Part shown: piece by piece, positions 37,637 to 49,700 of the stretch | How the letters are laid out: each line of letters opens with the position of its first letter | Numbering within the stretch: position 1 is the first letter of the stretch | Source: a virus | Strand: one strand, 5' to 3' | DNA: 64,000 nucleotides | Virus record (IMG/VR): IMGVR_UViG_3300010885_064671 | Translations under genes and position numbers: made by a program | The notes under the pieces: generated by a model | Seen by the model: the letters and a program-made list of their open reading frames with translations, nothing else | Told to the model about the DNA's origin: nothing | Databases searched by the model: none

Positions 37637-38248
37637 TTACAATGCCTTTGCTGAAGCAACGCCCTTCCATTCTTTTGGATGTTCTCTACCATAAACGGTG
37701 GTTACATTAGCCTGACCATAACTTCCGCTGATGGTTTGCGTGCTTGGGACACCATCAAAAATATAGTTGTTATAGAAACCATAATACAGACTGCGCTTAG
37801 CATGTCCCATCCCCGTGAATGCATTTGCGGATGTAACACCGTCAAAAATATAATTGCTATAGGAACCGTAATATAGATTTCTCTTAGCGTGGCCGCCATT
37901 GAGAGCTTTTGCTCCGGTAATACCCTTGTATTCAAGTGGACGGAATCTTGCACCGTCATAAGTTGCTGTGCCGTCTGGGAATGTTCCGGCCAAAGGTGTG
38001 GTGCCATTATATAGTGTTGAACCGTTAAGAAGCTGTGACATGAACACATTACCTGGGCGGTAACCAGTACCTGGAACGTGTGCGTTGTCTGGACCGTCGC
38101 GGAGTAACTGGCTAGTGTTGTATAGTGGGTAATACGAATAGGTGCCGTTGCCCTTCGCCTTGCCGGTCATGGTGTAATATGGATTAACCATGCTATTTGT
38201 ATTTTGGCCCGCCAAAACAGGTCTTGGACCAACGTAAGATGTAGCCAT
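37637..38248 (-). CDS. Repeat-containing, possibly structural protein
   Basis: Internal repeats GHAKRNLYYGSYSNYIFDGVTSANAF / GHAKRSLYYGFYNNYIFDGVPSTQTI. Confidence 0.6.
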   Translation of the reverse strand: MATSYVGPRPVLAGQNTNSMVNPYYTMTGKAKGNGTYSYYPLYNTSQLLRDGPDNAHVPGTGYRPGNVFMSQLLNGSTLYNGTTPLAGTFPDGTATYDGARFRPLEYKGITGAKALNGGHAKRNLYYGSYSNYIFDGVTSANAFTGMGHAKRSLYYGFYNNYIFDGVPSTQTISGSYGQANVTTVYGREHPKEWKGVASAKAL

Positions 38249-38335
38249 TATTGAATCTCCTTATATAGCTTTGATGTGTATATAGTAAAAATATATATTG
38301 TTTTTCAAACCTTTATTTATCAAATAAAATAAAGA

Positions 38336-39595
38336 TCAGACAGGATCGTAATCAATGACTAGGTCAGACAATATTGGTGCAGTTTTGTCTTCCAGCATAT
38401 TTAGCGTAATTTCTATCCAAACTTCACTAGATGCACCAGGATTACTGGTAGAATAGTTGCCGCCATCTTCATATATCACCCTATAGGAAAACGCTTGGCC
38501 CATCATACTTAAGGGCACATTATACATGATTGGATCGACTCTATTTATAGAACCTATCAAAGTACCAGCTGGAGCCTTAAAATTAATTATAGTTTTACCA
38601 GATGTAAAGAATTTATCATACCTAACATCAAAATCAGATAAGCCATAAGTATATACATATTTATCCAATTCTTTAAAATAATTGCTTTGATGCATGCGAA
38701 CACGAATAGCACTCATTTCAATGTCCGGGAAATAGAAGGCCAGGGGACCAGAATTCTTTATCTCATCTGAGCCATCTATTGTCCAACCACCAGGAGGTAT
38801 ATATCCTACTGCACCAAAATCACCATCATACAACGAGTCCATATTTAACGGAGTCCACCCATCATTATCTGTTAAAGTTGGATTCTCTTTTGTAGTATAC
38901 TCTATCGAATAAATATTTACAGAATGCATTGGATACGGGTTTAATTTAACACAATTAGTTTTCATAGAACCAGTAAATTCTGAAGGCAATTTAAAATAAA
39001 GCATTAGTCGGGCAGGACCTTGTGAGTTACTATCTGAGATTACAGTTCTGCTCCAAATTTTGTTTGGATCATCTAAAATGGCGTTGTAGACCGGAGTTGT
39101 ATTAATAATAGCACCAGGAGAATCTATACCGCCTAAATTATTTTGCACATTTGCCTTGAATATATCAGACACAACTTGTCCATTTGTCGGATCATAGAAC
39201 TTAACCTTAGAGCTAGACGCGTTGGGAACTTTAGGTAGTGTAATTATATTATAATATGGATCTAAGCTTAGCAATTCGGTGGGGCCTATCGAAAATTCAG
39301 TAGAAGTAAACTGTGCGTACTGAACTTGGCTAAATGAATATATTGATAATGTTCCAGCATCCGATTCCATTGCCGCAACCCTATTGGACAGATCGACAAT
39401 TGCATTAGAAAGCATTGATTGATCTTTTAGAACTCTTTCAAAAGCTTCGGCTAATCTAGCATCAATTATATTAGCTTTATTGTATAGATACAATAGATCT
39501 TGATAGTTCTCTTCTATTCTAGAATTATAATCAGTGCTGTCTACTGGGCCACCGTACTGCATGTCCCTTTTCTTAGTATTCATTATATCAACCAT
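38336..39595 (-). CDS. Tail/baseplate structural protein
   Basis: 419 aa ORF, Ser/Thr/Asn-rich, in the late structural operon. Confidence 0.5.
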   Translation of the reverse strand: MVDIMNTKKRDMQYGGPVDSTDYNSRIEENYQDLLYLYNKANIIDARLAEAFERVLKDQSMLSNAIVDLSNRVAAMESDAGTLSIYSFSQVQYAQFTSTEFSIGPTELLSLDPYYNIITLPKVPNASSSKVKFYDPTNGQVVSDIFKANVQNNLGGIDSPGAIINTTPVYNAILDDPNKIWSRTVISDSNSQGPARLMLYFKLPSEFTGSMKTNCVKLNPYPMHSVNIYSIEYTTKENPTLTDNDGWTPLNMDSLYDGDFGAVGYIPPGGWTIDGSDEIKNSGPLAFYFPDIEMSAIRVRMHQSNYFKELDKYVYTYGLSDFDVRYDKFFTSGKTIINFKAPAGTLIGSINRVDPIMYNVPLSMMGQAFSYRVIYEDGGNYSTSNPGASSEVWIEITLNMLEDKTAPILSDLVIDYDPV

Positions 39596-39596
39596 G

Positions 39597-40001
39597 TTAA
39601 ACGCCGCCCTCTAGTAACTTCACTTTTTTTTCTATCCTTGATACAATAGCAGATAGCCTGTTCATTTTGCTTAAATTTAATACAATTTCAGAAGGAGTAT
39701 TTATACCATACACATCCTGATAGTAAACTTTTATATCTGTTAAATTATAGAATAACCCATCACTTAAAGATTCTTGATCTGTCAAATTAGTCAAATTGCC
39801 TACAAAATTTTCTGACAATAAATTTATATCTGATTCGCTTTTAGATAAAGAATTATTAATCTTATTGATGTCTATTAGAAAAAAATTTGCTTCCCTATTT
39901 TCATCCACACTACTTCTATGGCCCCTATATTTTTGTCTGTTTTTAGTGAAGACTGGCTGAAGTAATAATTTATTTATTTTTTTAGAAAATGTTTTTGCCA
40001 T
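39597..40001 (-). CDS. Hypothetical structural-operon protein
   Basis: 134 aa ORF. Confidence 0.5.
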   Translation of the reverse strand: MAKTFSKKINKLLLQPVFTKNRQKYRGHRSSVDENREANFFLIDINKINNSLSKSESDINLLSENFVGNLTNLTDQESLSDGLFYNLTDIKVYYQDVYGINTPSEIVLNLSKMNRLSAIVSRIEKKVKLLEGGV

Positions 40002-40041
40002 ATTTGTCGCCTTTTAGTATAGTAGTAAATATCAAAAATTT

Positions 40042-42165
40042 TTATAAGTCTTTATGTTTAAACTTTATTTTTAAAGAATCTAATTTAGGAGCAGAAAAAG
40101 GATTATTAAACCTAGCAAAATCGACCCTATATCTTATAGCCGCAGGTGCATATGCTGCTTCTTTTGAGATATAACTAAACCTAGACAGACTACTAAGAGG
40201 GGAAGATGCAAGTATTTCCTTCCTTCCGTATGGTGCGTCAATTGTAAAGTATAAATTATCATCCATATTTCTATTCATAAAATTAAATTTGTCCAAGTAA
40301 AAAAAGTAGTCAGTAAAGATAGAACCATACGTCGATAGATTTTCGCCCTCAATAAGACTAAACGATACCGGCCCAGATACTGGCTTATCATAGGTAATAA
40401 CTATCTCATTTAAACCTTCTACTAAATCCCACTGAATACTTTGATCTAATTTTCCTGCTGGCAAATTAGCTATATTTAATCCATTAAGATATATAGCTAA
40501 GTTAAAACTGTTTATAGACTTTACTACATCGCCTCTTATTGTTATTGGTTTATCAGTAATAATTTTAGTTTTTATATAACCAGAAGAAGGAGAGTTAATA
40601 CCCGGAGCAATATTGCCCAATTGTTCGGTTAGATTATTTGATAGCAAATTGTTGTCTAAACTATTGATTTCCTTAATCCAAGTATCTGTATCCTGGTATC
40701 TAGATAAAGCACCATCGAGCGTATAATAATGCTTAAACGAGTCCGTGTTTCCAAGTAAAACTGGATTATTATAACTTTCTTCTAAGCTTAAAGCTGCAAT
40801 TCTATATACCTGTTTACCTGTGTATATCTTTGTGGTCGGATTAAGATCATTAATATTTTTAGCATCTGTGCTTATCGGTATAAACCCTAACTGATTTGGC
40901 TTTGGAGTTTGCGAGATATACACAATATTCTTTGTTGAACCATTAAAATTGACAACAGAAGGAAACCCAGCATTTTCTGAACCAGAAGGAGATATGGGAA
41001 TCCAATTAAAATCTGATATAGAAGTTGCCTTTGAGTTATCTTGTGAAACATAGTATTGGATTACACCATCATTAATAAATTGCTCCTCTACGGAAATTGA
41101 AACAGCATCAATAAATATTTGCTGGTTAGTATTCTCCGGGAGACTTATAGGCTTAGATACTATTGTCCCTGTCTTAGCGACCGTATTAGAGCCTATTATT
41201 AGATCCCTAAGACCCATCCTATAAACATATGGTGATAAAGAATTATTGTCTATAAAATCAGGTTCATTTTTTACCATTGTTAATTCTATATTAGAATAAT
41301 TTTTTGGTTTAATTGAAAAAGAAAAAGAACTATAATCAGATGTAGATGATTTAATATAAAAATCATCTGGAGATCCATCAGAATATGAGACCCTCAATTG
41401 CATGATCACCGGAGAAGACGTGGATAGATACCCTTCCACCTTGGAGATAATAGCACTGCTAGATATTGGGATACTTATACCTACAGAAACTGGCACTGGT
41501 GCAACTGTTCTATGTTCTTTCATCCAGTAAGTATCATTTAACCCATCAAAAATATTATTAAAATCTGTTGCATCTACGACTGAGCTTACCTTAACACCAT
41601 TTTCATATAGTGATATTGAAGGAGTTAAGTTAGACAGATTATCTACCGCAAAAATAGTATACCTATCAGAGACCTGGGGGCTCATGGAAGCAGAGCCCAA
41701 ACCCACATCTACGTATCCAGTGCTAAAAAAAGTATCAATATTTAAAATTGAAGAAAAATTTTCTGTATATGAATAAAAATATCCATCAGTATTATTATTT
41801 GTAAATAATAAATCATCGATTTTAGATTCTAACATTTTTCTTCTATTTTTTAAATTATCAACAATCCTATTAAGGGCAGTAACAACGCCAAATAGTTCAT
41901 CATTATTCTCTAAAATTGTATCATATAATATATCTATGTTATATAAATTATTTATCATTATCTCGTTAAGCAGATCTGCACTCGTTGCTCTGGAAGATTG
42001 CAGGGCCACATAATCTATACCTACAGGAAAACCTGGTTTATTTGTAGTGAACCAATCACTAAATGCCTTTTTGATTTGCTGATCGGTAGGTTTTACGCCA
42101 CTAGAATAAAACGATTTATAAATATGCTCAAGAAGTCTTCTTTTTTGCACTGTGGAAATGTTCAT
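40042..42165 (-). CDS. Large tail/baseplate-associated protein
   Basis: 707 aa ORF in the structural operon; beta-rich composition. Confidence 0.55.
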   Translation of the reverse strand: MNISTVQKRRLLEHIYKSFYSSGVKPTDQQIKKAFSDWFTTNKPGFPVGIDYVALQSSRATSADLLNEIMINNLYNIDILYDTILENNDELFGVVTALNRIVDNLKNRRKMLESKIDDLLFTNNNTDGYFYSYTENFSSILNIDTFFSTGYVDVGLGSASMSPQVSDRYTIFAVDNLSNLTPSISLYENGVKVSSVVDATDFNNIFDGLNDTYWMKEHRTVAPVPVSVGISIPISSSAIISKVEGYLSTSSPVIMQLRVSYSDGSPDDFYIKSSTSDYSSFSFSIKPKNYSNIELTMVKNEPDFIDNNSLSPYVYRMGLRDLIIGSNTVAKTGTIVSKPISLPENTNQQIFIDAVSISVEEQFINDGVIQYYVSQDNSKATSISDFNWIPISPSGSENAGFPSVVNFNGSTKNIVYISQTPKPNQLGFIPISTDAKNINDLNPTTKIYTGKQVYRIAALSLEESYNNPVLLGNTDSFKHYYTLDGALSRYQDTDTWIKEINSLDNNLLSNNLTEQLGNIAPGINSPSSGYIKTKIITDKPITIRGDVVKSINSFNLAIYLNGLNIANLPAGKLDQSIQWDLVEGLNEIVITYDKPVSGPVSFSLIEGENLSTYGSIFTDYFFYLDKFNFMNRNMDDNLYFTIDAPYGRKEILASSPLSSLSRFSYISKEAAYAPAAIRYRVDFARFNNPFSAPKLDSLKIKFKHKDL

Positions 42166-44084
42166 ATCTGCTTAACCTTAGCTGCCAATTTGTAAGAGTA
42201 GATAATCGGAGCCAGATTTGTAGATCCTTTTACCAGTCTAAGCTTAACTACTATACTCTTTACTTGTTTAGGTATATTATATACCACTTTGTTAATAGTA
42301 GCTTTTGGAGAGTTCAGATACATTACCCCAGGAAGCTTAAATCCTTCTGCTATATTTTGATTAAAAGCTATTATTTCTGGTATAGAAGATCCAGATACAA
42401 CACCGTATGAATACCCCTCTTGGACAGGTGATATTTCTATATACTTTTCGCCATCATCTACTGATATGAAAGCTTGTATATACCCACCTGTACTCGCAAT
42501 TACACTATGGTTACTTTCTATGTCAAGCATTATTGATTCAACTGGAAGATCAAAATTGTAAACCTTAGAAACTATTTCTGCCGTGCTTTCGTATTCCTGG
42601 TAAGATAAACCTATATCCCTTATCCCTATGGACATTCTTTTAGCTGGAAGAATTTCTTGGTTAATTTTTAATGGGATAGAAAATGTTTCCTCTGAAAGAC
42701 TAGAAGAATTTTTTTGGTTATTTGATAATATAGATACTGCAATATTTTGATTTAAGATATTGTCTTTTTTAAAAATATTAGGGTTAGTCAACATGGGCAC
42801 TACGAGAGTCTTATCATAGCTAACTTTATTATACAGATCCTTACTCAAGGTTTCTGGGTTAAATCTTGACGACCCATGGAATGGGCTATTGTCTAAGTTT
42901 CCAAATTCATAATTAGTAGACCAGTAATTATGAGCTATTTCTACATCTTGATAATAAACTTGCTCAATAATTACTCTACATTCCTTTACGTTTCTTTCAG
43001 AGAAGAAAAATGTACCTGAGTTCAAAGAGTAGTTTCTGAAAGATTCGTTAGTTAAATATTCTAAAGAAAAACCTATATAAAATTCTGAATCTAAAATATT
43101 TTCTGTTACACCCGCAGTATCAGTAATTTCTATTTTTTTTATCTTTATAATTTTAGATGAATCAAAATAAGGAAGTATCGTAATAGAATTTGCCTTCTGA
43201 GATACTCCAGATTCTATCAGAACGTCTAACACTAAGGGCTCTTTCATGTCATGCTCTGACCAATTAATTAAACTATTTTTTTCTGCATTGACAAGCGTTG
43301 TGTCATCGACTATGTAGCTGAACTCTAGCTGACTTCTGTCCACACCATCAGATTTTTCCACATTTAATGCCTCGTACACAAAGTATGATGCTGGATTTGA
43401 ATCTACAATATTTAAAACATTAGAAGAACTTGGAGAATTAAAAAAATCGTATTCGTAATTCAAACCAGAAACAACATTTTGTTTTTTTATAGCCACATTA
43501 TTATTGCCTATAAAACCATTAGATTTTAAAACACTAACTTTATTTGGCGACCAAGCTTTTGAACCATTTTTTATACGAACAGTTGCAGAACCGTTTGTTA
43601 TCATTGGATTTTGATTTACATTAACTTTAGAATAATTTATATAGTCTGCGTTTTCAAATGAATCTCCATTATATACAATGTCATTTGCTGGGCTAGAGCT
43701 ATACAATTGCAGAATTTTTGTTTTTGAAAAAATTCTTTCTGAATATTTTTTTTCATTTTCCACTTCTGAAGTAAATAAATTAAAAACACTTATTGCTTTA
43801 GCGCTTAAAAAATCTAACTGCTTAGCAGAAACGTTTATGTCATCCATGAGAGTATTAATATATTTATTCATTTTTACAGAAGATGGCGGTTCTCCTTTAG
43901 TAAAAAGTTGTAATTGCGATTTAGGGGAATTAACCTTATCGTATACGTCGACTAGAGTTTTATTAAAATCATTTAAAATATCTTCTTTTGTGACGTATTC
44001 TCCTTTATTGTATCTATTTAATATGCCTGATATAGCAATAGCCACTTGATCATATATTAATGTTATTGGAGAAAGTTGAGTCAT
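42162..44084 (-). CDS. Large tail/baseplate-associated protein
   Basis: 640 aa ORF, ATGA-type overlap with neighbour. Confidence 0.55.
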   Translation of the reverse strand: MTQLSPITLIYDQVAIAISGILNRYNKGEYVTKEDILNDFNKTLVDVYDKVNSPKSQLQLFTKGEPPSSVKMNKYINTLMDDINVSAKQLDFLSAKAISVFNLFTSEVENEKKYSERIFSKTKILQLYSSSPANDIVYNGDSFENADYINYSKVNVNQNPMITNGSATVRIKNGSKAWSPNKVSVLKSNGFIGNNNVAIKKQNVVSGLNYEYDFFNSPSSSNVLNIVDSNPASYFVYEALNVEKSDGVDRSQLEFSYIVDDTTLVNAEKNSLINWSEHDMKEPLVLDVLIESGVSQKANSITILPYFDSSKIIKIKKIEITDTAGVTENILDSEFYIGFSLEYLTNESFRNYSLNSGTFFFSERNVKECRVIIEQVYYQDVEIAHNYWSTNYEFGNLDNSPFHGSSRFNPETLSKDLYNKVSYDKTLVVPMLTNPNIFKKDNILNQNIAVSILSNNQKNSSSLSEETFSIPLKINQEILPAKRMSIGIRDIGLSYQEYESTAEIVSKVYNFDLPVESIMLDIESNHSVIASTGGYIQAFISVDDGEKYIEISPVQEGYSYGVVSGSSIPEIIAFNQNIAEGFKLPGVMYLNSPKATINKVVYNIPKQVKSIVVKLRLVKGSTNLAPIIYSYKLAAKVKQI

Positions 44085-44094
44085 GTTTTCGTTC

Positions 44095-46788
44095 TTAACT
44101 GTTTGATATAACTTTGGTTAATTTATCGTAATATGGATCATAATTTTTTGTTTTTGCCTTTAGCAATACCGCATCTACGGATCCAGAATATGTGGTATCG
44201 GGTATGTTCTTCCTTATTATTAACCTAAACCTTATAGTATCTGCCAAGTAATCATAAGATACTATAACATCTCCAATAACTGGTTTATTAAAGATAATAT
44301 TTCTTCCATTTTGTATAAAATAATATAAGGAATTTGAACTACGGAATTGCGGGAAGATGTTACTCCCAGTATAATTTGTCAAATTTATAGCATAAGAACC
44401 GTCTGGCATTAGCACCTTAATCGGAGAGTACCCATTTTGATTACCCTGGAAAATTGTTCCAATTAGCTCGCTGTATATTGCGGTATCTAGACCATTTGTA
44501 TTAACGTATGGCATATTGCTTAGTTTAATTCTGCCAGATGAATCGGTACCACTAAACAATTCCCCGGGAGAACTGCCATCGTTGGCTGATTTTAATGATT
44601 CATTTAATAAACCTAACCTTAGAAAATCTAAGTTATCCACATCATATAAAGATAAATTTATATAATAAGAACATGCATAAATAGAATTTTTAATAACATT
44701 TTGCAAAATAATATCTCCAGATGGAAGTATTTTGTATTCTTTTGCATTTATGGGTATTCCATTTTTATATAATTTAAATGTATCCGGCCTTAATGGAAAT
44801 CTGGTCTTAGCAGAAAAGCTTTGCTCATCAAAAAATAAAACTTCTGAATCAATAAGGCTAACGCCAGATTCACAAATTGGTATCCAATTTTGCTCGCTTC
44901 TTATGACGTCTTCATTCGAGATGGACACCTCATACGATACCGCATTCTTTAGATTTAGATTTTGATTTAGAATATTAAATTCGTTAGCGTTCTTTACCAG
45001 TCTACATTTGATCGCCATAGGGTAACCATTAAAAGGAATCTTCCTGCTGACAAAACAAGCTTTTACATTTTCCGAAGGAATAATTTCACAAAGATCAATT
45101 GATTTTATAGAGAATGAATACTGATAGCCATCAACATCTGCGGTGTTAAGTAGTGTCTTTAGTAAATCATTTTTCCATTTATATTTTAGTGGCTTATTAT
45201 CAGAAATTTGATTTGGAATATTGTTTATATTTTGGGTTACTAGAAATCCCATTTTGCTAAAATTAAAACTTGAATTTATATTTGAATCAGAATTAATATA
45301 AACTGAATTCTCAAAAATTTCCCCTCTATCACCGATGGCGGTAGAAAAAAGATTTCTAAAAAGATCTGAAATCATATTATTTGGCAAGATGCTTGTTGAA
45401 TCCATCGAAAAATTTTCATACAAGTAATCATTATAACGATTTACTGAAGAGAAGGTTTGATCAATGCACGGGTATTTATATGTATAATAATCATCTATTT
45501 TATTATATGAATTCCTTGTAATTTTTTTATAATCATTATTATTTAGAAACACATTATACGCTAGATTTTGAATCTTATCAGTATTGCTATTCTTTATAGT
45601 TTTAATAATTTTTGCAGTGTTATATAATCCTACCCCATTAACTTCACTTTTTATTGGGCTATTTTTTGTTCTAGTATATGTTTGTTGATTTAATATTATT
45701 ATTATCTTACTTACTGAAGTTTTTGTAAACATAATTTCCGTATTTGAATTTATTATTCTTGGCTGTGACAAAACCCCATACTCCACATTCCCTTCAATCG
45801 GCAGAATGGTAATATCATCATTGTCTTCGAGATTTAGTGGGTCAGAATTTACTTCCCAAACAGTTGGATCTAAACCGGAAACTAAAACTAACTGCATTAA
45901 CTGCAAATTTTCTCCTGAATTAGGAGTTATTACTATTGAGTCCATACTTACGGGATATGCTAGTGTTATCTCTATAGCTGTTTGTGCCCCAGTTATATAT
46001 TTTGTATCATATGGTATATATTTAGAGTATCCTGATAATTTAGATGTCAAAATGAATGGAGATTTTACAGTTACACTCCAAGAATCAGTATACACATCAT
46101 TGTATACAGATTCAAAACCAGTATCAGTAGTTTTATATGAATCATAATTTGTAGTGATGCTATAATCATCTACCAAATTAATATAATTTTTTCTTGAAAT
46201 ACTATTACCTATTTTAAATAGGCCCAATTTTGTATCAATAAAACCATTACCGTCAGAATTAAATAAATTTCCATCTCTATCAAATAGATCAAAATTATAT
46301 CCATCTGATCTATAATCATTCATAAAATTGTCAAATTTTTCTACATAATTAGAATTAAAAAGATCATCTTTACCAGATATATATTCATAATTATCTATAA
46401 ATGTTTCTAAGGTTTTAATATCTTTTTCTACTTTTTCTATTTCAGAAGAAAAAATATCAATCATTGAATTAATTAATAAATTCACTGTATTTGCAGATGC
46501 GTAATGAGATTTTACCCTTAAATCTATATCTTTAAATATATCAACCAATATTTGTTTATCTAATTTATCAAAAGACTTTATAGTTGTAGTCGAAAAACCT
46601 GTATCAATTCTAAAAGAATTCAACCTGGATACTAGGCCAGGTATATCTTGTTTACTTTGTTTCATCTCACTAATTAAGGATGAAATTGTAGACTGTGTAT
46701 TTTTGGATAATGTATTGATTATAGTTGGAAGAAACTTATTCATAAGTTTTAGTACTCCATGTGATAGCATCTGGATTTTGTATCTCAA
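44095..46788 (-). CDS. Large tail/baseplate-associated protein
   Basis: 897 aa ORF; helical N-terminus then beta-rich. Confidence 0.55.
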   Translation of the reverse strand: MRYKIQMLSHGVLKLMNKFLPTIINTLSKNTQSTISSLISEMKQSKQDIPGLVSRLNSFRIDTGFSTTTIKSFDKLDKQILVDIFKDIDLRVKSHYASANTVNLLINSMIDIFSSEIEKVEKDIKTLETFIDNYEYISGKDDLFNSNYVEKFDNFMNDYRSDGYNFDLFDRDGNLFNSDGNGFIDTKLGLFKIGNSISRKNYINLVDDYSITTNYDSYKTTDTGFESVYNDVYTDSWSVTVKSPFILTSKLSGYSKYIPYDTKYITGAQTAIEITLAYPVSMDSIVITPNSGENLQLMQLVLVSGLDPTVWEVNSDPLNLEDNDDITILPIEGNVEYGVLSQPRIINSNTEIMFTKTSVSKIIIILNQQTYTRTKNSPIKSEVNGVGLYNTAKIIKTIKNSNTDKIQNLAYNVFLNNNDYKKITRNSYNKIDDYYTYKYPCIDQTFSSVNRYNDYLYENFSMDSTSILPNNMISDLFRNLFSTAIGDRGEIFENSVYINSDSNINSSFNFSKMGFLVTQNINNIPNQISDNKPLKYKWKNDLLKTLLNTADVDGYQYSFSIKSIDLCEIIPSENVKACFVSRKIPFNGYPMAIKCRLVKNANEFNILNQNLNLKNAVSYEVSISNEDVIRSEQNWIPICESGVSLIDSEVLFFDEQSFSAKTRFPLRPDTFKLYKNGIPINAKEYKILPSGDIILQNVIKNSIYACSYYINLSLYDVDNLDFLRLGLLNESLKSANDGSSPGELFSGTDSSGRIKLSNMPYVNTNGLDTAIYSELIGTIFQGNQNGYSPIKVLMPDGSYAINLTNYTGSNIFPQFRSSNSLYYFIQNGRNIIFNKPVIGDVIVSYDYLADTIRFRLIIRKNIPDTTYSGSVDAVLLKAKTKNYDPYYDKLTKVISNS

Positions 46789-49700
46789 ATGATACGCCAG
46801 CAGTAATATTCCTATTAACTATATCATATATTTCTTGTATATCATTAAAATTGTCTTTAACTGAATCTGGCATTCTTATTACCGTATACCCTCCCCTTGG
46901 GTATGCCTTTGGGTTAATGGAATACATGTCCCAATAAGTATCGGAACCATGAATTGAATCCATACTTACCCTGGATTGAGCGTCTGCTGTTATGCCTCCA
47001 CCTCTTACTCTAATATCATAGATATTAACAGATGATTTTTTATCAGAATTTGATATATATACAACCCCGAGCATCAAAGCAATAGGGTTATAGGAGTAGG
47101 AGTACTGATCAAAAATATTAAAATCATAAGTAAAATGAACAGGATATGAATTAACATAATTAATTAATGGTTTCCTGCCGGAAATAAGTGCATCATTTTT
47201 TGTATTATCTGATATATGCATTGGTGTATCGTTGATATCTATTTTAGTTGGCAACAAATATATATAGATTGGTTTATTCTCATCTATAGTTTTTGAATTT
47301 AAAAATGTATTAAGAGGAACCTCTTGCCCCTCGACCTGATATATCCAAGCCGCTGTATCTTTAATCGTATAATTAACTTTGATAAGATTTTCGTTAGAGG
47401 AAATTATTTGATTATCAAATTCTATATAACCATTTTCTGCATCTATATCGAGAATTTCAGTACGAGGAATTTTTACCCATGATGAGGTTTGATCCGCTCT
47501 GATATAAACATCTACAACTGGTACTATAGCGGGGATTAAAGTATCGGTATCTTTTTCTACCGGGACAGCTACAGATAGGATTGGAAAATGACGAAGTTTT
47601 ATTTTCTTAGAAGAAATAACTATAGGAATTTCGTTAACTATATCTTTGCACCCTCTGCCATAAATTCTAGAAAAATTCTCAGAAAAGGATCCGACAGATG
47701 TATCGTAAGTGCAATATAGCGTTTGATTTATATACTTTGATTTCCAATCAGTAAATATATGTTTATTGGATAAAGTAATTTCTTTATTAAAAGAACCCAC
47801 ACTTACCTTTAGCGGCCATGCTTCGTTCTTTCCTACGGATTCATTCATGTCAACTATTTTTATTGCTGAAGAATTATTATATTTTACCGAATAAACTGGG
47901 GCAATCATTTTGGGGTTAATGGTTACAGGTTTAAATGAATTTGTACTTTGAGCACCAACGTAATTTATTAAAGTATCCACATTTCCATCTGCATCAAAAG
48001 CCATAGCTGATATATATATATTATTTATTCCTCTTGTTATTAACTCTCCATAAGTAACTAATTTACCTATAAATTCTTTTTCTTTTTTATCATAAAATCC
48101 ATATATAAATCCATTTTCCTCTAGCAACTTATTGGTTATAGAAACATAACCATAGTTAATATCAAATTTTTTGCTTGGGTCAGAAACTGCAGCGGTTACT
48201 ATACCAGCTCTTACATTTTCTGGAGATGGAATTCCAATTGGTTTTCCAGAAGAATCACACAATAATACAACTCCATCATTTGACGTGATAGAACTAACTT
48301 TTTCTATATTTTGACCAGCTACAGTTATCAGTGAATAATTATCTATTATTTCTTCTTCGGATATATAAGTTTTTGAATTGCTATAATAAGTAGCTGACGT
48401 AGATAACTTAACGCCCGTACACTGGACAACGCCACCCTGTATCGGATTTGGTATGTCGCCATGATATGTAGTTGTAATTGCTGTAGCAGGAGAAATTGCA
48501 GTAGAGCCGATGGAAGAAGTTACGTTAGATAATTCTACAGAGGTATCTTTGTCAAGGGTTACCGAAGACGGTTGAGAAAAATCAACAGTTATACCATTGT
48601 TAATTATGTTATTTATTTCAGCTGTATTTTGCTGTACTAAATTATTTACCAATTGATTTAAAGCTGTATTATTAGCTATAATTGGTGTGTCAAATGTTTT
48701 GAAATACTTTTTTCCCAAGTAAGAATAACTTATACTTCTTAAGAGTACATTTTTTCCAGACAAATATTTCTGATTATATTCAATCGATAAGGAATTCATG
48801 GATGAAAGATTTGAAAAATTTTCAGTTAAATCAGCAATTGCGTTTATATAAACATCCGCAGTACTAACTATATCCTTATAGCCTATTGTTCTCGACTGCT
48901 CTGTAATAGTTTTTACTACAGAAGTTATTTGCGTTGAACCATCTACTGAATTAACACTGAATAAATTAATTATATTTTCTGTCCATTTACCATCAGCGTT
49001 ACTCCATCCATAAAACTTATCCGGCAGTGTTGCGTAAAGAAGGTACTTGTCGGAAATACAAACTAATTTGCCGTTGCTCCATGAAAGATTCTTATCTGGA
49101 TAACCATTTTCATCTGTTAGCCAAAAGCTAGCTAGTTCATCAGATTCTGGAGCAACAATATCCGGAAATGCTTGATAGATTTTCTTATCATTAAATAAGG
49201 TATTTGTTACGTCATCTGGCGGTGTTGTAGTCGTACTCGGTGCCCCTGGTGTAATCGTATCCGGTAGACGGATAGTTAATTGAGCGGTAACCATATCTGC
49301 GGTTATTGCCTTTATACCAAACCCTTCAGCCAATGTCCCATACTTACCACCTAATTGCTTACCGTTAGTTTGCAATCTAACATAAACGTATCTACAATCT
49401 TTTGTCGATACAGAGGATGGGTCTATCTCGATAACGCTATTAACCGGAGCCTTATTTAAGGTTTTATGAATTTTATATGAAGTGTGAACACTTGCTGCTG
49501 CGATTTTTTTTGTTCCGCCCTGGGTTGGATCGGTGCTTGAATAACCATATGTTAAAGCCACAACCTTATTCCAGGGAGCTTCATCTAAAGTAATTCTTAT
49601 TTTTTTTACTTTCTCATATTTTTCTGGTTGTGGAATACTAAAAAATATAAAATCTTCTACAGTTGAAGGAGAATTAGACACATTACCAGTAAAAGAAATT

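Noticed and set aside
43081-43140. Apparent additional in-frame CGG in 42162..44084
   Set aside because: Careful alignment with the protein (..DTAGVTE..) shows the codons are GCG GGT; the CGG is out of frame.
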